DNA of 63,145 nt from SAR202 cluster bacterium (GCA_008373095.1 RQOP01000005.1:1-63145); one strand, 5' to 3'; shown: positions 17,940 to 26,669, numbered from the stretch's first letter. Program-made: numbers and translations. Notes: generated by a model not told the origin, from the letters alone.

Positions 17940-19220
17940 TTGAAAATTAATCTCTTTTACGGTTGGAAGATCGCCTTCACGGCTTTGGTTGTGAACGCTG
18001 TGATATCTGCTCCTGCATACGGCGCTACAGGGCTTTGGATAGACTCCCTAGAGTCCGAATTTGGATGGAGCCGAACTCAATTGTCCATAGCCTTTTCATT
18101 GGGACAATTAGAAGGGAGCATTGCCGCCCCCATTGTCGGTTATCTGATTGATAAGATTGGAGGCAAGAAAGTGGCCTGTATGGGAGCAATGGTCTCCGCA
18201 ATTGGATTTCTATTGCTAAGTCAGACGGTCCCCGTCACTGAATCTAGGGAAAATTGGTTAGACCCAACCATATTTTATTTTTCCTACATAACGATAATGT
18301 TTGGGGTGACCTTAGGCGGCTGGATCCCAATGACGGTCATAATAAATAATTGGTTCTCAAAAAACAGAAGCCTGGCCATGTCCATAGGGTCTGTAGGATT
18401 CTCCGTTGGGACTTTTGCGATAGTTCCTCTTCTGGCCATACTCATTTCTTCAGACGATGTGGGTTGGCAAGCAACTGCCATCGGGCTGGCTATATTCTTT
18501 CCTCTTTTACTGGTACCGATTACCAAAATTATTAAGAACACTCCAGAAGAAATAGGAGAAGTCCCGGATGGCAAGGTAAGTCTCGGGCGTGTTGAAAATA
18601 AAGTTGGTGCTTCAATTCCTACAGAAGCAAACGATTTCACATTATCTGAAGCTCTCCGGGAAAAAGTTTTTTGGTATATTGCCATTGGACACGGTGCCTC
18701 TGCAATGCTCACATCAACTATGATGGTCCACCTTATATTAGCCTTCAAACACCAAGGAATTTCCCTCCAAACTGCTGCATTTATTTGGGGTATAGCTATG
18801 GGAATTGGGGGCGTTTCTCAAATACTGGGAGGATTTTTGGGCGACAGAACTCCAAAACATATAGCAGTCTGTATATTCGGATGTGTCCAGGCAATTGGTG
18901 TATCTATCGCAGTCTTGGTGACCAATCTATGGATGGCCATACTTTTTTCTATAGTCTATGGAATCGGGTTTGGGGCCCGAGCTCCTATAACAACGTCCAT
19001 GAGGGGCGATTATTTCGGTCGTAAAGCCTTTGGGAAAATTATGGGTGTGTCGGCTATGTCGATGATGTTAATGACAATGTTTGGCCCGATTTTCGCGGGT
19101 CGCTTATTTGATCTTCAGGGGGATTACAAAAGCGGGTTTTTGATACTAGCGCTGGTAGGGTTTATAGGAAGCCTTATATTTCTCTTAGCAAAAAAGCCGA
19201 CATCACCTGAAAAGGTGTAG
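17940..19220 (+). CDS. MFS transporter
   Basis: About 12 hydrophobic segments; GYLIDKIGGK and GFLGDRTPK motif-A repeats; DYFGRKAFG. Confidence 0.93.
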   Translation: MKINLFYGWKIAFTALVVNAVISAPAYGATGLWIDSLESEFGWSRTQLSIAFSLGQLEGSIAAPIVGYLIDKIGGKKVACMGAMVSAIGFLLLSQTVPVTESRENWLDPTIFYFSYITIMFGVTLGGWIPMTVIINNWFSKNRSLAMSIGSVGFSVGTFAIVPLLAILISSDDVGWQATAIGLAIFFPLLLVPITKIIKNTPEEIGEVPDGKVSLGRVENKVGASIPTEANDFTLSEALREKVFWYIAIGHGASAMLTSTMMVHLILAFKHQGISLQTAAFIWGIAMGIGGVSQILGGFLGDRTPKHIAVCIFGCVQAIGVSIAVLVTNLWMAILFSIVYGIGFGARAPITTSMRGDYFGRKAFGKIMGVSAMSMMLMTMFGPIFAGRLFDLQGDYKSGFLILALVGFIGSLIFLLAKKPTSPEKV

Positions 19221-19302
19221 GTGACTACACAACACACCGTAAGTTGTATTTTATTACATATTTATATATACTAAATGTATCAAAATACAAATGAGGTCAA
19301 TT

Positions 19303-20157
19303 ATGTTCAATAAGATACTACTTCCTGTTGATGGATCCGAAACTTCAAAAACTATCATTCCTTACTGCGGTAACTTGGCCCAAGAAAATGATGGTCACAT
19401 AACTTTATTTTTTGTAGAAACCGGAGATGTATCAAGTGAACCATTTTTGGATAGCGCCATAAACGAACTGCTTACCAGCGGGTTGAAAGCGGATAGCATT
19501 CGAGTCAGAGGAGCCGCCGCTGAACAAATCGTTTTCTACGCAGAAAACAACAACTACGACTTGATAGCCATGTCGACTCAAGGCCGAAATGGGATGAAAC
19601 GAGCTGTTATAGGCAGCGTAACTGAGGAGGTGATTAGGAATACTTCTCTTCCTGTCTTGACGGTAAATGGATCCAGAAACAATTCAGGAAATGGAATGAG
19701 AATTGGCAAAATTATTGTCCCATTAGATGGCTCTACACTTTCTGAGTCTGCTCTACCTTTTGCCATTTCGTTGGCATCGGAAATACCATCTGATCTTCTA
19801 ATCACCAATGTAATAAGTCCTACAAAAGTCATTGCAGGTGATCCAATACTGGATGGACTAGTAACTTTTGATGAGACTTCACATACCGTGAAAGCTAAGA
19901 AAATAGATTCGGATCAATACTTATTTGAAACTACCAACAAGCTGTCAGGCAATCCGGCTACCATCGAGTCAGAGGTATTAGAGGGTGAACCTTCGCAGGC
20001 AATAATGGCCTTAGTAGAACGGCACACAGACCCGTTGGTTATTTTGGCTTCCCATGGGAGAGCTGGCCTCAGCAGGTTAGTAATGGGTAGTGTGACTGAA
20101 ACCTTGATGAGAACATCAGATTTTCCCATTTTGGTCATCCCGGAAAAATCTGAATAG
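19303..20157 (+). CDS. Tandem-domain universal stress protein
   Basis: Two UspA domains: ILLPVDGS..AMSTQGRNG..IGSVTEEV and IIVPLDGS..ASHGRAG..MGSVTETL; GAGG RBS before ATG 19303. Confidence 0.93.
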   Translation: MFNKILLPVDGSETSKTIIPYCGNLAQENDGHITLFFVETGDVSSEPFLDSAINELLTSGLKADSIRVRGAAAEQIVFYAENNNYDLIAMSTQGRNGMKRAVIGSVTEEVIRNTSLPVLTVNGSRNNSGNGMRIGKIIVPLDGSTLSESALPFAISLASEIPSDLLITNVISPTKVIAGDPILDGLVTFDETSHTVKAKKIDSDQYLFETTNKLSGNPATIESEVLEGEPSQAIMALVERHTDPLVILASHGRAGLSRLVMGSVTETLMRTSDFPILVIPEKSE

Positions 20158-20168
20158 GAAATCGACCT

Positions 20169-20576
20169 ATGCAAACATTTATGCCTTACCCTGAATTCAA
20201 AAAAAGCGCAAAATGCTTAGACTTTAGGAGACTGGGAAAGCAAAGGGTGGAAGCTATGCAAGTGCACCGTATAGTGTCAGGTAAACGCACTGAGGGAGGG
20301 TGGATAAATCACCCTGCTGTCAGAATGTGGTGGGGTTACCAAGATGCATTAGCAGCCTACCATAACGCTATGTTGTATGAATGGATTTATCGCGGCTACA
20401 TAAATAACATGCCCAAAATACCGCACGCAGTCGACTATGTGATGCCAGAATTTATAGGTAATAAAAAATTTCACGATTCACACAAATCCAATTTGCTTAA
20501 CAAAGATTTTGATTACTACAAAAAGTTTGGCTGGTCAGTAGAGCGAGATATGCCGTATTACTGGCCAGTACAGTAA
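20169..20576 (+). CDS. Pyrimidine-dimer DNA glycosylase / T4 endonuclease V-like (MSMEG_6728 family)
   Basis: MQTFMPYPEF..SAKCLDFRRLGKQRVE, HPAVRMW.GY, FHDSHKSNLL.KD..YY, YYWP. Confidence 0.85.
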   Translation: MQTFMPYPEFKKSAKCLDFRRLGKQRVEAMQVHRIVSGKRTEGGWINHPAVRMWWGYQDALAAYHNAMLYEWIYRGYINNMPKIPHAVDYVMPEFIGNKKFHDSHKSNLLNKDFDYYKKFGWSVERDMPYYWPVQ

Positions 20577-20601
20577 ATCAGAGTAATTATTCGATTTTGA
20601 C

Positions 20602-21237
20602 CTAACTGACAAATTCGGAAGGAGATCCATCAAAAACAACCCTACCTCCCTGAAGGGAAATAATTTTGTCCGCATAATGCAAGGCCATATCTATGTCATG
20701 GGTTACGACTAATAAAGTCCTTCCTTCCAAAGAAACTTCTTTAAGCAAACTGTAGAACTCTTCTCTTGAATTTCTATCTACCGAGGACAATGGTTCATCC
20801 ATAATGATCATGTCCTTTTCCTGAGCAATAGCGAAAGCTAACCAAACACGTTGCTTTTCTCCTGCCGAAATATCGGAAAAATTGCGTTCCAACAGGCCTT
20901 CAAGGTGAAATTGTTCCGCCAATGCGTCGAGAATTTCTTGTCGAGAATCACTACCTTTATTATTTTTCTTTATGGCTACTGATATTACTTCCCCTACTGA
21001 AAGAAATGGAGGATCAGGCAAATTTTGCGGCAAATAAGAAATGTCTTTTGGGTCAACTGTGTCAACATTCCCAGAATTAACTTGCAAAATTTTCATGATT
21101 AGCTTGAGAACTGTAGTTTTACCCGACCCGTTGGGCCCAACCAGGCAATAAAAGGAATTAGGAGATATTTCAAATGAAACACCCTGCAATATCTTCAGAT
21201 GCTCAATTTCAACGACCGCATTGGACAAGGTAATCAC
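20602..21237 (-). CDS. ABC transporter ATPase (FepC/BtuD type)
   Basis: GPNGSGKT, ISAGEKQR, IMDEP, VTHD. Confidence 0.93.
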   Translation of the reverse strand: MITLSNAVVEIEHLKILQGVSFEISPNSFYCLVGPNGSGKTTVLKLIMKILQVNSGNVDTVDPKDISYLPQNLPDPPFLSVGEVISVAIKKNNKGSDSRQEILDALAEQFHLEGLLERNFSDISAGEKQRVWLAFAIAQEKDMIIMDEPLSSVDRNSREEFYSLLKEVSLEGRTLLVVTHDIDMALHYADKIISLQGGRVVFDGSPSEFVS

Positions 21238-22187
21238 TACTTATACCTCCAGGCCAAATACATCATAAGCGGAGCTCCCAACATCGTCGTTGCGAGCCCG
21301 ACTGGCAGTTCTATAGGAGCAAACAACAACCTTGCCACCTGGTCCGATAATAAGGTGAGTAGACCTCCAGTAAAAGCGGAAATAAGTATCAATGACACTG
21401 GAGAATTTCCTACAAATCGCCTACCGATATGTGGTGATATCAAGGCAACAAATCCAATAAGACCTCCCGCATATACGGAAGAGCCGGCTAAAGCAGCGGC
21501 AATGGACATTAAATAAATCCGAGTTTTTATTGGGTTTACTCCCAGTGATTTGGCAATATCATCTCCTAAAGTTATCGGCAACAACCTTGAAGAAAAAACA
21601 AGCGAGCCAGCCAAACAAGCAAATAATGAACAGGTTAGAAAATATATTAACTGCCAAGAACTGGCAGAAAAGGAACCAGCCACCAGACCAATCACCTGAG
21701 AGGGAAAAACTCTGCCATAAGAGATGACACTAGTCCCCAAAGAAACCATAAGGGCGCCTACGGCTATCCCCATGATAGCGAATTTCACAGGTGTTAAATT
21801 TCGATTAGAACTCAGTGCAGTAAGAAATAAAGCAACAATCAACGAGCTAGCCATAGCCCCAAGAAATACGCCGTATACCGGAATTGATATCAGGCCAACA
21901 GTAACAGCGGCCATAAATATCACTGCTCCCCCACCTATTCCAAAAAGATTAGGATCTCCTATTGGGCTCCTTGTCGATAGCTGGATTAAAACTCCTGATA
22001 GACCCAAAGAAGCCCCTACTAGGACACTTAATATCACACGGGGAATCCTTATCGACCACACTACCGTCGTCATTACCCCATCATCGGACCTCATCAGCCC
22101 ATTGTAAGTATCCTGAAAACTTAGATCTGAGGGGCCTGCAAAAACCCCTACGATCGCGAAAACAAACGTGGCTGCAACTACAGCCAC
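21237..22187 (-). CDS. FecCD/BtuC-type ABC permease
   Basis: IRIPRVIL, PIGDPNLFGI, AKSLGVN, IGFVALISPH, ELPVG..GAP. Confidence 0.93.
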   Translation of the reverse strand: MAVVAATFVFAIVGVFAGPSDLSFQDTYNGLMRSDDGVMTTVVWSIRIPRVILSVLVGASLGLSGVLIQLSTRSPIGDPNLFGIGGGAVIFMAAVTVGLISIPVYGVFLGAMASSLIVALFLTALSSNRNLTPVKFAIMGIAVGALMVSLGTSVISYGRVFPSQVIGLVAGSFSASSWQLIYFLTCSLFACLAGSLVFSSRLLPITLGDDIAKSLGVNPIKTRIYLMSIAAALAGSSVYAGGLIGFVALISPHIGRRFVGNSPVSLILISAFTGGLLTLLSDQVARLLFAPIELPVGLATTMLGAPLMMYLAWRYK

Positions 22188-22215
22188 GTATGGAAAAGAT
22201 TTTCTTACTAAAAGT

Positions 22216-23313
22216 TTACTCAGCAGACACAGCGTCCTTTAGAAATTCAACAGCCTCTACAATTCTAGGTCCTGGGGACTGTAAAAATAAAGCCACATCA
22301 GCCTCCACCACATTACCTGTTCGGATGGCAGTTAAACCTGCAAAAGGAGGGATTTGCTTAATCGATTCAGACAGTCTAGGAGCCGGTGCTGGTGCCGGTG
22401 TAATTGTTACCAACACATCTGGGTTGGCCATCAAAATAGCTTCTGTGGACATCAAAGCGAAACCAGGAAATGGCCCGGAATCTGGCAATCCAGCCGCCTT
22501 GTTATCCATGCCAAGAGTGGCAGCGATCAAACCTGTATAAGACTCTGGACGGGCTGCATACAAATTCCTATCTTGATCCGATATCAATAATAGAACAGCC
22601 CTGCTGTCGTCTGCCCCTATTGAATCAAGTCTACTTTGGATATCGTCAACTGCTTTTTCAGCGACGGATTCTTTACCAATAATTTTTCCGATCATGGAAA
22701 TGTTGCCGGTAACGTCCGAAACACTTTCTGCCTTCACAGCAACAACTTTCAATCCAGATTGGGCAAATATTGCAGCAAATCTAGCTTGGGTCAAAGCTTC
22801 TATGATGACAAGGTCTGGCTGATTACCTATTATGGTTTCCATTGATGGGTCATATGCACTTCCCACATCTGGCAAACTTTGAACTTCTACAGGGAAATTA
22901 GACGCCCTATCTCTCAAAATTGCTGTCCCTCCGGCTGCATACAGCATCTCTGTAGCTGTTGGACTTATTGATGCTATTTTCTCGGGTATATTTTCGAAGG
23001 TTACTTCTTGTCCGAGAGCATCGATTACCACCACTGCCTCTGCAGCTTCAGATTCTCTAGCTGGAGGTGCAGGGTTTGATACAGGACTGGCTGACATTGC
23101 TGACACCGGTGGAGCTGTAGGCTCAGGTGCAACAGTTGCAACTGCTGGCTTTGTAGGTTCAGGGGCTGCGGCTGGTGCGGGTGCTTTTGCAGGTTCAGAT
23201 GACACCGCCGGTGCGGGTGCTTCTTCTACCTTACTATCAGATTCCGAGCATGCTACAAAAATAAATAAAGATAAAGCAATCAAAGCAAGAGAGAAACGTG
23301 TGTAATTAAGCAA
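22216..23313 (-). CDS. Helical-backbone ABC substrate-binding lipoprotein, BtuF/YvrC-like (cobalamin or Fe-chelate), with Ala/Pro-rich linker
   Basis: Lipobox FVAC; about 60-aa A/P/E linker; ASISPTATEML, LPDVG..PSMETII..QPDLV; C-terminal SPGPRIVEAVEFL typical of BtuF-like proteins. Confidence 0.85.
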   Translation of the reverse strand: MLNYTRFSLALIALSLFIFVACSESDSKVEEAPAPAVSSEPAKAPAPAAAPEPTKPAVATVAPEPTAPPVSAMSASPVSNPAPPARESEAAEAVVVIDALGQEVTFENIPEKIASISPTATEMLYAAGGTAILRDRASNFPVEVQSLPDVGSAYDPSMETIIGNQPDLVIIEALTQARFAAIFAQSGLKVVAVKAESVSDVTGNISMIGKIIGKESVAEKAVDDIQSRLDSIGADDSRAVLLLISDQDRNLYAARPESYTGLIAATLGMDNKAAGLPDSGPFPGFALMSTEAILMANPDVLVTITPAPAPAPRLSESIKQIPPFAGLTAIRTGNVVEADVALFLQSPGPRIVEAVEFLKDAVSAE

Positions 23314-23465
23314 AACGGTGATATCTCCTATTCAAATGTCAATTTCATTATAGTATTACATTTTCAAATACTATTTCTTTGATTGTGCAGTGTTTGGGCA
23401 ATCAATTTTTCAATAAACATTATTTGCCTGTTGAATAAATAGCCCCCCCCACACACACAAAAAGG

Positions 23466-23675
23466 AGTCTCCTGGCCTTAGTCCCGCCAATTACTAAGTC
23501 CTAAATGCCCTGAAGTGGGGGCCGGCTAGTCTGAGCGGAAGGAGACCAGGAGACTAAAAGCTGCCAGACTCAAGGATTTCTTGATGATTAACTAAGGTTT
23601 GGTTTCAGCCGAGGAAAAGACTGTTGAGAAGCGGTTATAAGCTCCCAGGTTCCAATTTACCCTCAGAGTCTGGCA
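23466..23675 (-). ncRNA. Candidate tandem structured RNA (two domains closed by 10-bp perfect stems); class unknown
   Basis: TGCCAGACTC 23562-23571 / GAGTCTGGCA 23666-23675 and AGTCTCCTGG 23466-23475 / CCAGGAGACT 23546-23555; internal helices pair better on the minus strand (G-U pairs); each domain is followed by a U-tract on minus. Confidence 0.45.
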
Positions 23676-23685
23676 AGTTTTTTAT

Positions 23686-24888
23686 CTAATCTAGCATTCC
23701 CAAATCCCTGAATATGACTTGGGTACCTGTCAAATCAGACAGGTCTTCCATAGATAAAGCTGGCTTATTTAGCTCTTCCAGCGCAGGTAGCAACATGTGG
23801 GTTTTTACACCGTGGTCCCCTGCCAAAACTGGGTATTCATAAATTTGGCCTGTGAAATATTGCTGCGCAACCTTCGAGGTCATAAATCTAAGGAACTTCT
23901 CAGCATTTTCACGGTTTTTACCCGTGTTAACAATTCCTGCTCCAGAGACCATCACCAAGCTGCAGGGACCACCATCACTTAGGAATAAGTTTCTTGCATT
24001 AAATGTATCACCTGACTCAGAAATAAATCTGTGCAGATAATAGTGGTTTACTAGACCAATACTGATCTCTTCAGCTGCAGCAGCAGCTACCTGAGGTGTG
24101 TTCTTTGGGTATACTCCAACTTCATTGGCCATCATGTCTGTAAGCCACTGCAAAGTTTTCTCCTCACCCCACATAGATCTCATTCCTGTAACCATTGTCT
24201 GGAACGAGCTGTTTGATGGGGCCCAACCTAGCTTTCCTTTCCATTTTGGATCGGTCAATTCTTCACATGAACTTGGCAAATCGCTCAAAGTAGCGGTATG
24301 AACCAATACTCTAGCCCTACCTGATATTCCTACCCATGTAGCATCAGAAGGCTTTGCCCAGCCAGCAACAGATTCGGTTATGTCACCAGGCAGCGTGACC
24401 AACCTGCCTTCCGCTGATAGAAACCCAAGACCCCCTGGATCTTGAGCGTAATAGATATCAGCCGGGCTGTTATCACCCTCTTCCAAAATCATGGTAGCGA
24501 TCGGAAATGTTTTACCATATTTGGCATCTACATCAATTCCGGTAAGATCTTCAAACTCTTCGATAATAGATCCTATAAGACTCTCTTTTCGTCCTGAGTA
24601 AATTACCAACTTACCAGGATCAGCTTCCCGTTCTATGACAACTTCTTCAATAATAGTCTGGCCAGGAACCTCAACAGTCTTTACGACTTCTTTCTCAACC
24701 ACGACTTCTACAGGCACCTCTTTCACCACCTCTGTAGTAATAGTCTGTCCGGGAACCTCAACAGTCTTTACGACTTCCTTCTCAACCACGACTTCTACAG
24801 GCACCTCTTTCACTACCTCTGTAGTACAAGCAGCAAAAATCCCTGCAAGAGCAAATATGGCTATTGCCATTAAAACAACTCGATTCAT
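23686..24888 (-). CDS. Fe(III) ABC substrate-binding lipoprotein (FutA/FbpA-like) with duplicated Val/Glu/Lys-rich N-terminal repeat
   Basis: Lipobox FAAC; LVIYSGR, GISGRARV, KGKLGWAP.NSSFQ, LVNHYY (Tyr-Tyr iron ligands), AEKFLRFM, EYP. Confidence 0.88.
   Translation of the reverse strand: MNRVVLMAIAIFALAGIFAACTTEVVKEVPVEVVVEKEVVKTVEVPGQTITTEVVKEVPVEVVVEKEVVKTVEVPGQTIIEEVVIEREADPGKLVIYSGRKESLIGSIIEEFEDLTGIDVDAKYGKTFPIATMILEEGDNSPADIYYAQDPGGLGFLSAEGRLVTLPGDITESVAGWAKPSDATWVGISGRARVLVHTATLSDLPSSCEELTDPKWKGKLGWAPSNSSFQTMVTGMRSMWGEEKTLQWLTDMMANEVGVYPKNTPQVAAAAAEEISIGLVNHYYLHRFISESGDTFNARNLFLSDGGPCSLVMVSGAGIVNTGKNRENAEKFLRFMTSKVAQQYFTGQIYEYPVLAGDHGVKTHMLLPALEELNKPALSMEDLSDLTGTQVIFRDLGMLD
24651..24824. 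repeat. Two tandem 87-bp (29-codon) intragenic repeats
   Basis: 24651-24737 and 24738-24824 differ at 4 positions, all synonymous; unit TTEVVKEVPVEVVVEKEVVKTVEVPGQTI. Confidence 0.95.
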
Positions 24889-25005
24889 GACCAGTTTTTA
24901 CCTACCTTATCATTTTACAAAGAGCGCTAATAAAAGTTTGTATGTGCATAATGTTTAATTTACTAAGCATACCCTTTGTTTAATTATTAGTATGCACAAG
25001 AAAAT

Positions 25006-25035
25006 ATATTAAGCACCTAGATTAGGTGGTGTCAA
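25006..25035 (-). promoter_or_regulatory. Sigma70-type promoter of the Fe-SBP gene with palindromic operator in the spacer
   Basis: TTGACA (25035-25030), 18 nt, TAATAT (25011-25006); CACCTA-GAT-TAGGTG at 25014-25028. Confidence 0.6.
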
Positions 25036-25121
25036 GGGGTAATTAAATATTGCTTGTTGAACTTGAGATTTCCAATTGATCAACTAGAAACCTAATTCAA
25101 ATCCTATTGAACTTTAATTAA

Positions 25122-25583
25122 TCAAATATGGGCTAGAATGGCCTTATAATCTGGAATAATCCCAGGATGCTCACCCATCCAGCTATAAACCAGTATCCCG
25201 TCCTGACCTGCAATAAAGACCGCACGATTAGAGCTCCTGTAGTTGGGAAGACCAGCAAGGCCTGTAAAAGAAACTCCAAAAGCATCAATACAATCGAGAT
25301 TGTAATCGCTAATCAAGTCATAACTTATACCGTTCTGATTTGCCCAGGCATTCAATGCAAATGGGGAGTCAGCAGAAATCCCGACCACTTTAACGTTGGA
25401 ATGATTAAATTTATCCAACATATCGCCAATCTGACATAACTCATCAGTACAAACATCTGTAAAAGCACCAGGGAAAAAGGCAAATAGTGTTTTTGTTCCA
25501 ATAAATTCTTTCGAATTTCTTTCCTTATGATGACTGTCAAAAAAAGAGAATTCTGGAATCTTATTTCCTACTTGCAACGGCAT
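25122..25583 (-). CDS. Peroxiredoxin (AhpE/PrxQ-like)
   Basis: FPGAFTDVC (PxxxTxxC) with a second Cys five residues later; GISADS, LISD, NRAVFI. Confidence 0.9.
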   Translation of the reverse strand: MPLQVGNKIPEFSFFDSHHKERNSKEFIGTKTLFAFFPGAFTDVCTDELCQIGDMLDKFNHSNVKVVGISADSPFALNAWANQNGISYDLISDYNLDCIDAFGVSFTGLAGLPNYRSSNRAVFIAGQDGILVYSWMGEHPGIIPDYKAILAHI

Positions 25584-25623
25584 GCTAGATGACCTACCTC
25601 AGATATTTTTTCAAGTAATTTAA

Positions 25624-25953
25624 TTATAAAACGTTGTAATACCAAAGAATATATATATTAACTGCAGTACACAGGACACCGACCAAAACGGACAATCCAA
25701 TAGGCACCAAGCTATGGAAACCCCATTTGTTTGACATAGATGCCGATTGACAAACAAACAGAAATGTCGCGATCACCCCAAGACCCCACATTGACATTGC
25801 TACCCACAGTAGAATTTGCGTATTGGAGTGGAACCAAGAATGACCTTCTATAAGGTTATCTCTGTAATAAAAACTTGCGTGCAAAAAAATGGAAGACGCA
25901 ATAAAAGGAAAACAACCAATAAGACCTTTTGTAATTGATTTGTCTTTTACCAC
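25624..25953 (-). CDS. Hypothetical membrane protein
   Basis: 109-aa ORF with three hydrophobic segments; no recognised motif. Confidence 0.45.
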   Translation of the reverse strand: MVKDKSITKGLIGCFPFIASSIFLHASFYYRDNLIEGHSWFHSNTQILLWVAMSMWGLGVIATFLFVCQSASMSNKWGFHSLVPIGLSVLVGVLCTAVNIYILWYYNVL

Positions 25954-26093
25954 TTCTGCAGGAATATTTATCGCAGCACCTACTATTTTCTGTAAGTTTT
26001 TCTATTGTGAAGCCTACAAATTTCTGTCGTTTCTTTGGCTGTGTGTTACCTTTTACTGAGAAGACCCTATTTTCCCAGAAGAGTTATAAAAGT

Positions 26094-26669
26094 TTGAACT
26101 ATCTCATCATATCAGCCATTTGGGCGATCACATCTTATTTCATTGGAACCGTATCAATTGGAGATTGCATAGCTAAATTTAAAAAAGTAGATATTCGCTC
26201 ACGCGGCACAGGTAATCCCGGGGCTTCGAATATATATGCGGAAATCGGACCTGTATATGGAGTATCTGTCTTCTTTATTGATATCGCGAAAGGCTTAATC
26301 ATCACCCTCCCCGTTGTTTTGCTGGAATACCCAATCTGGATTGCAACTATTGGGATTATATTTTTCCTTCTCGGACATATGGTCATAAATCCATGGGGTA
26401 AACCTGGTGGTATTGGTATGGCTACTACCATGGGGGCAGGTATAGTTCTTCTTCCTATGGGAGCTTTAATAGCTGTTATCCCCGCCTTCCTGATACTAGT
26501 TATCACTAGGAGGCCATCCTATACAGGAGTTTTCGCATTTATTGCTACGATAATTGCTGGCTGGTTAGTCCATTTAGACCTTTTAGCAACCACCTCTGTA
26601 CTCATATTAGCTGGAGCAGTATTGGTTAAATTTCAATTCCAATATCGAGACCTAGAAACCCACAAATGA
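26094..26669 (+). CDS. plsY: Glycerol-3-phosphate acyltransferase PlsY family (start probably TTG 26094)
   Basis: DIRSRGTGNPGASN, IDIAKG, LGH..PW..GGIGMATTMG. Confidence 0.85.
   Translation: MNYLIISAIWAITSYFIGTVSIGDCIAKFKKVDIRSRGTGNPGASNIYAEIGPVYGVSVFFIDIAKGLIITLPVVLLEYPIWIATIGIIFFLLGHMVINPWGKPGGIGMATTMGAGIVLLPMGALIAVIPAFLILVITRRPSYTGVFAFIATIIAGWLVHLDLLATTSVLILAGAVLVKFQFQYRDLETHK

Noticed and set aside
23466-23675. Calling the structured element a cobalamin, TPP, glycine, SAM, NiCo or yybP riboswitch, or SRP/6S RNA
   Set aside because: Only isolated short look-alikes (CCAGGAGAC, CTGAG..GAACCTG). The required cores (GGGAA-T-loop-CCCGC.ACTG; UGAGA/ACCC; SRP CAGG..GNRA..AGCAG; single 6S rod) are absent.
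24651-24824. CRISPR-like or mobile repeat
   Set aside because: Two abutting in-frame coding repeats with no spacers and no cas genes.
25935-26093. N-terminal extension of PlsY given in the ORF track
   Set aside because: It overlaps the divergent ORF and would make PlsY about 50 aa too long; TTG 26094 gives normal length.
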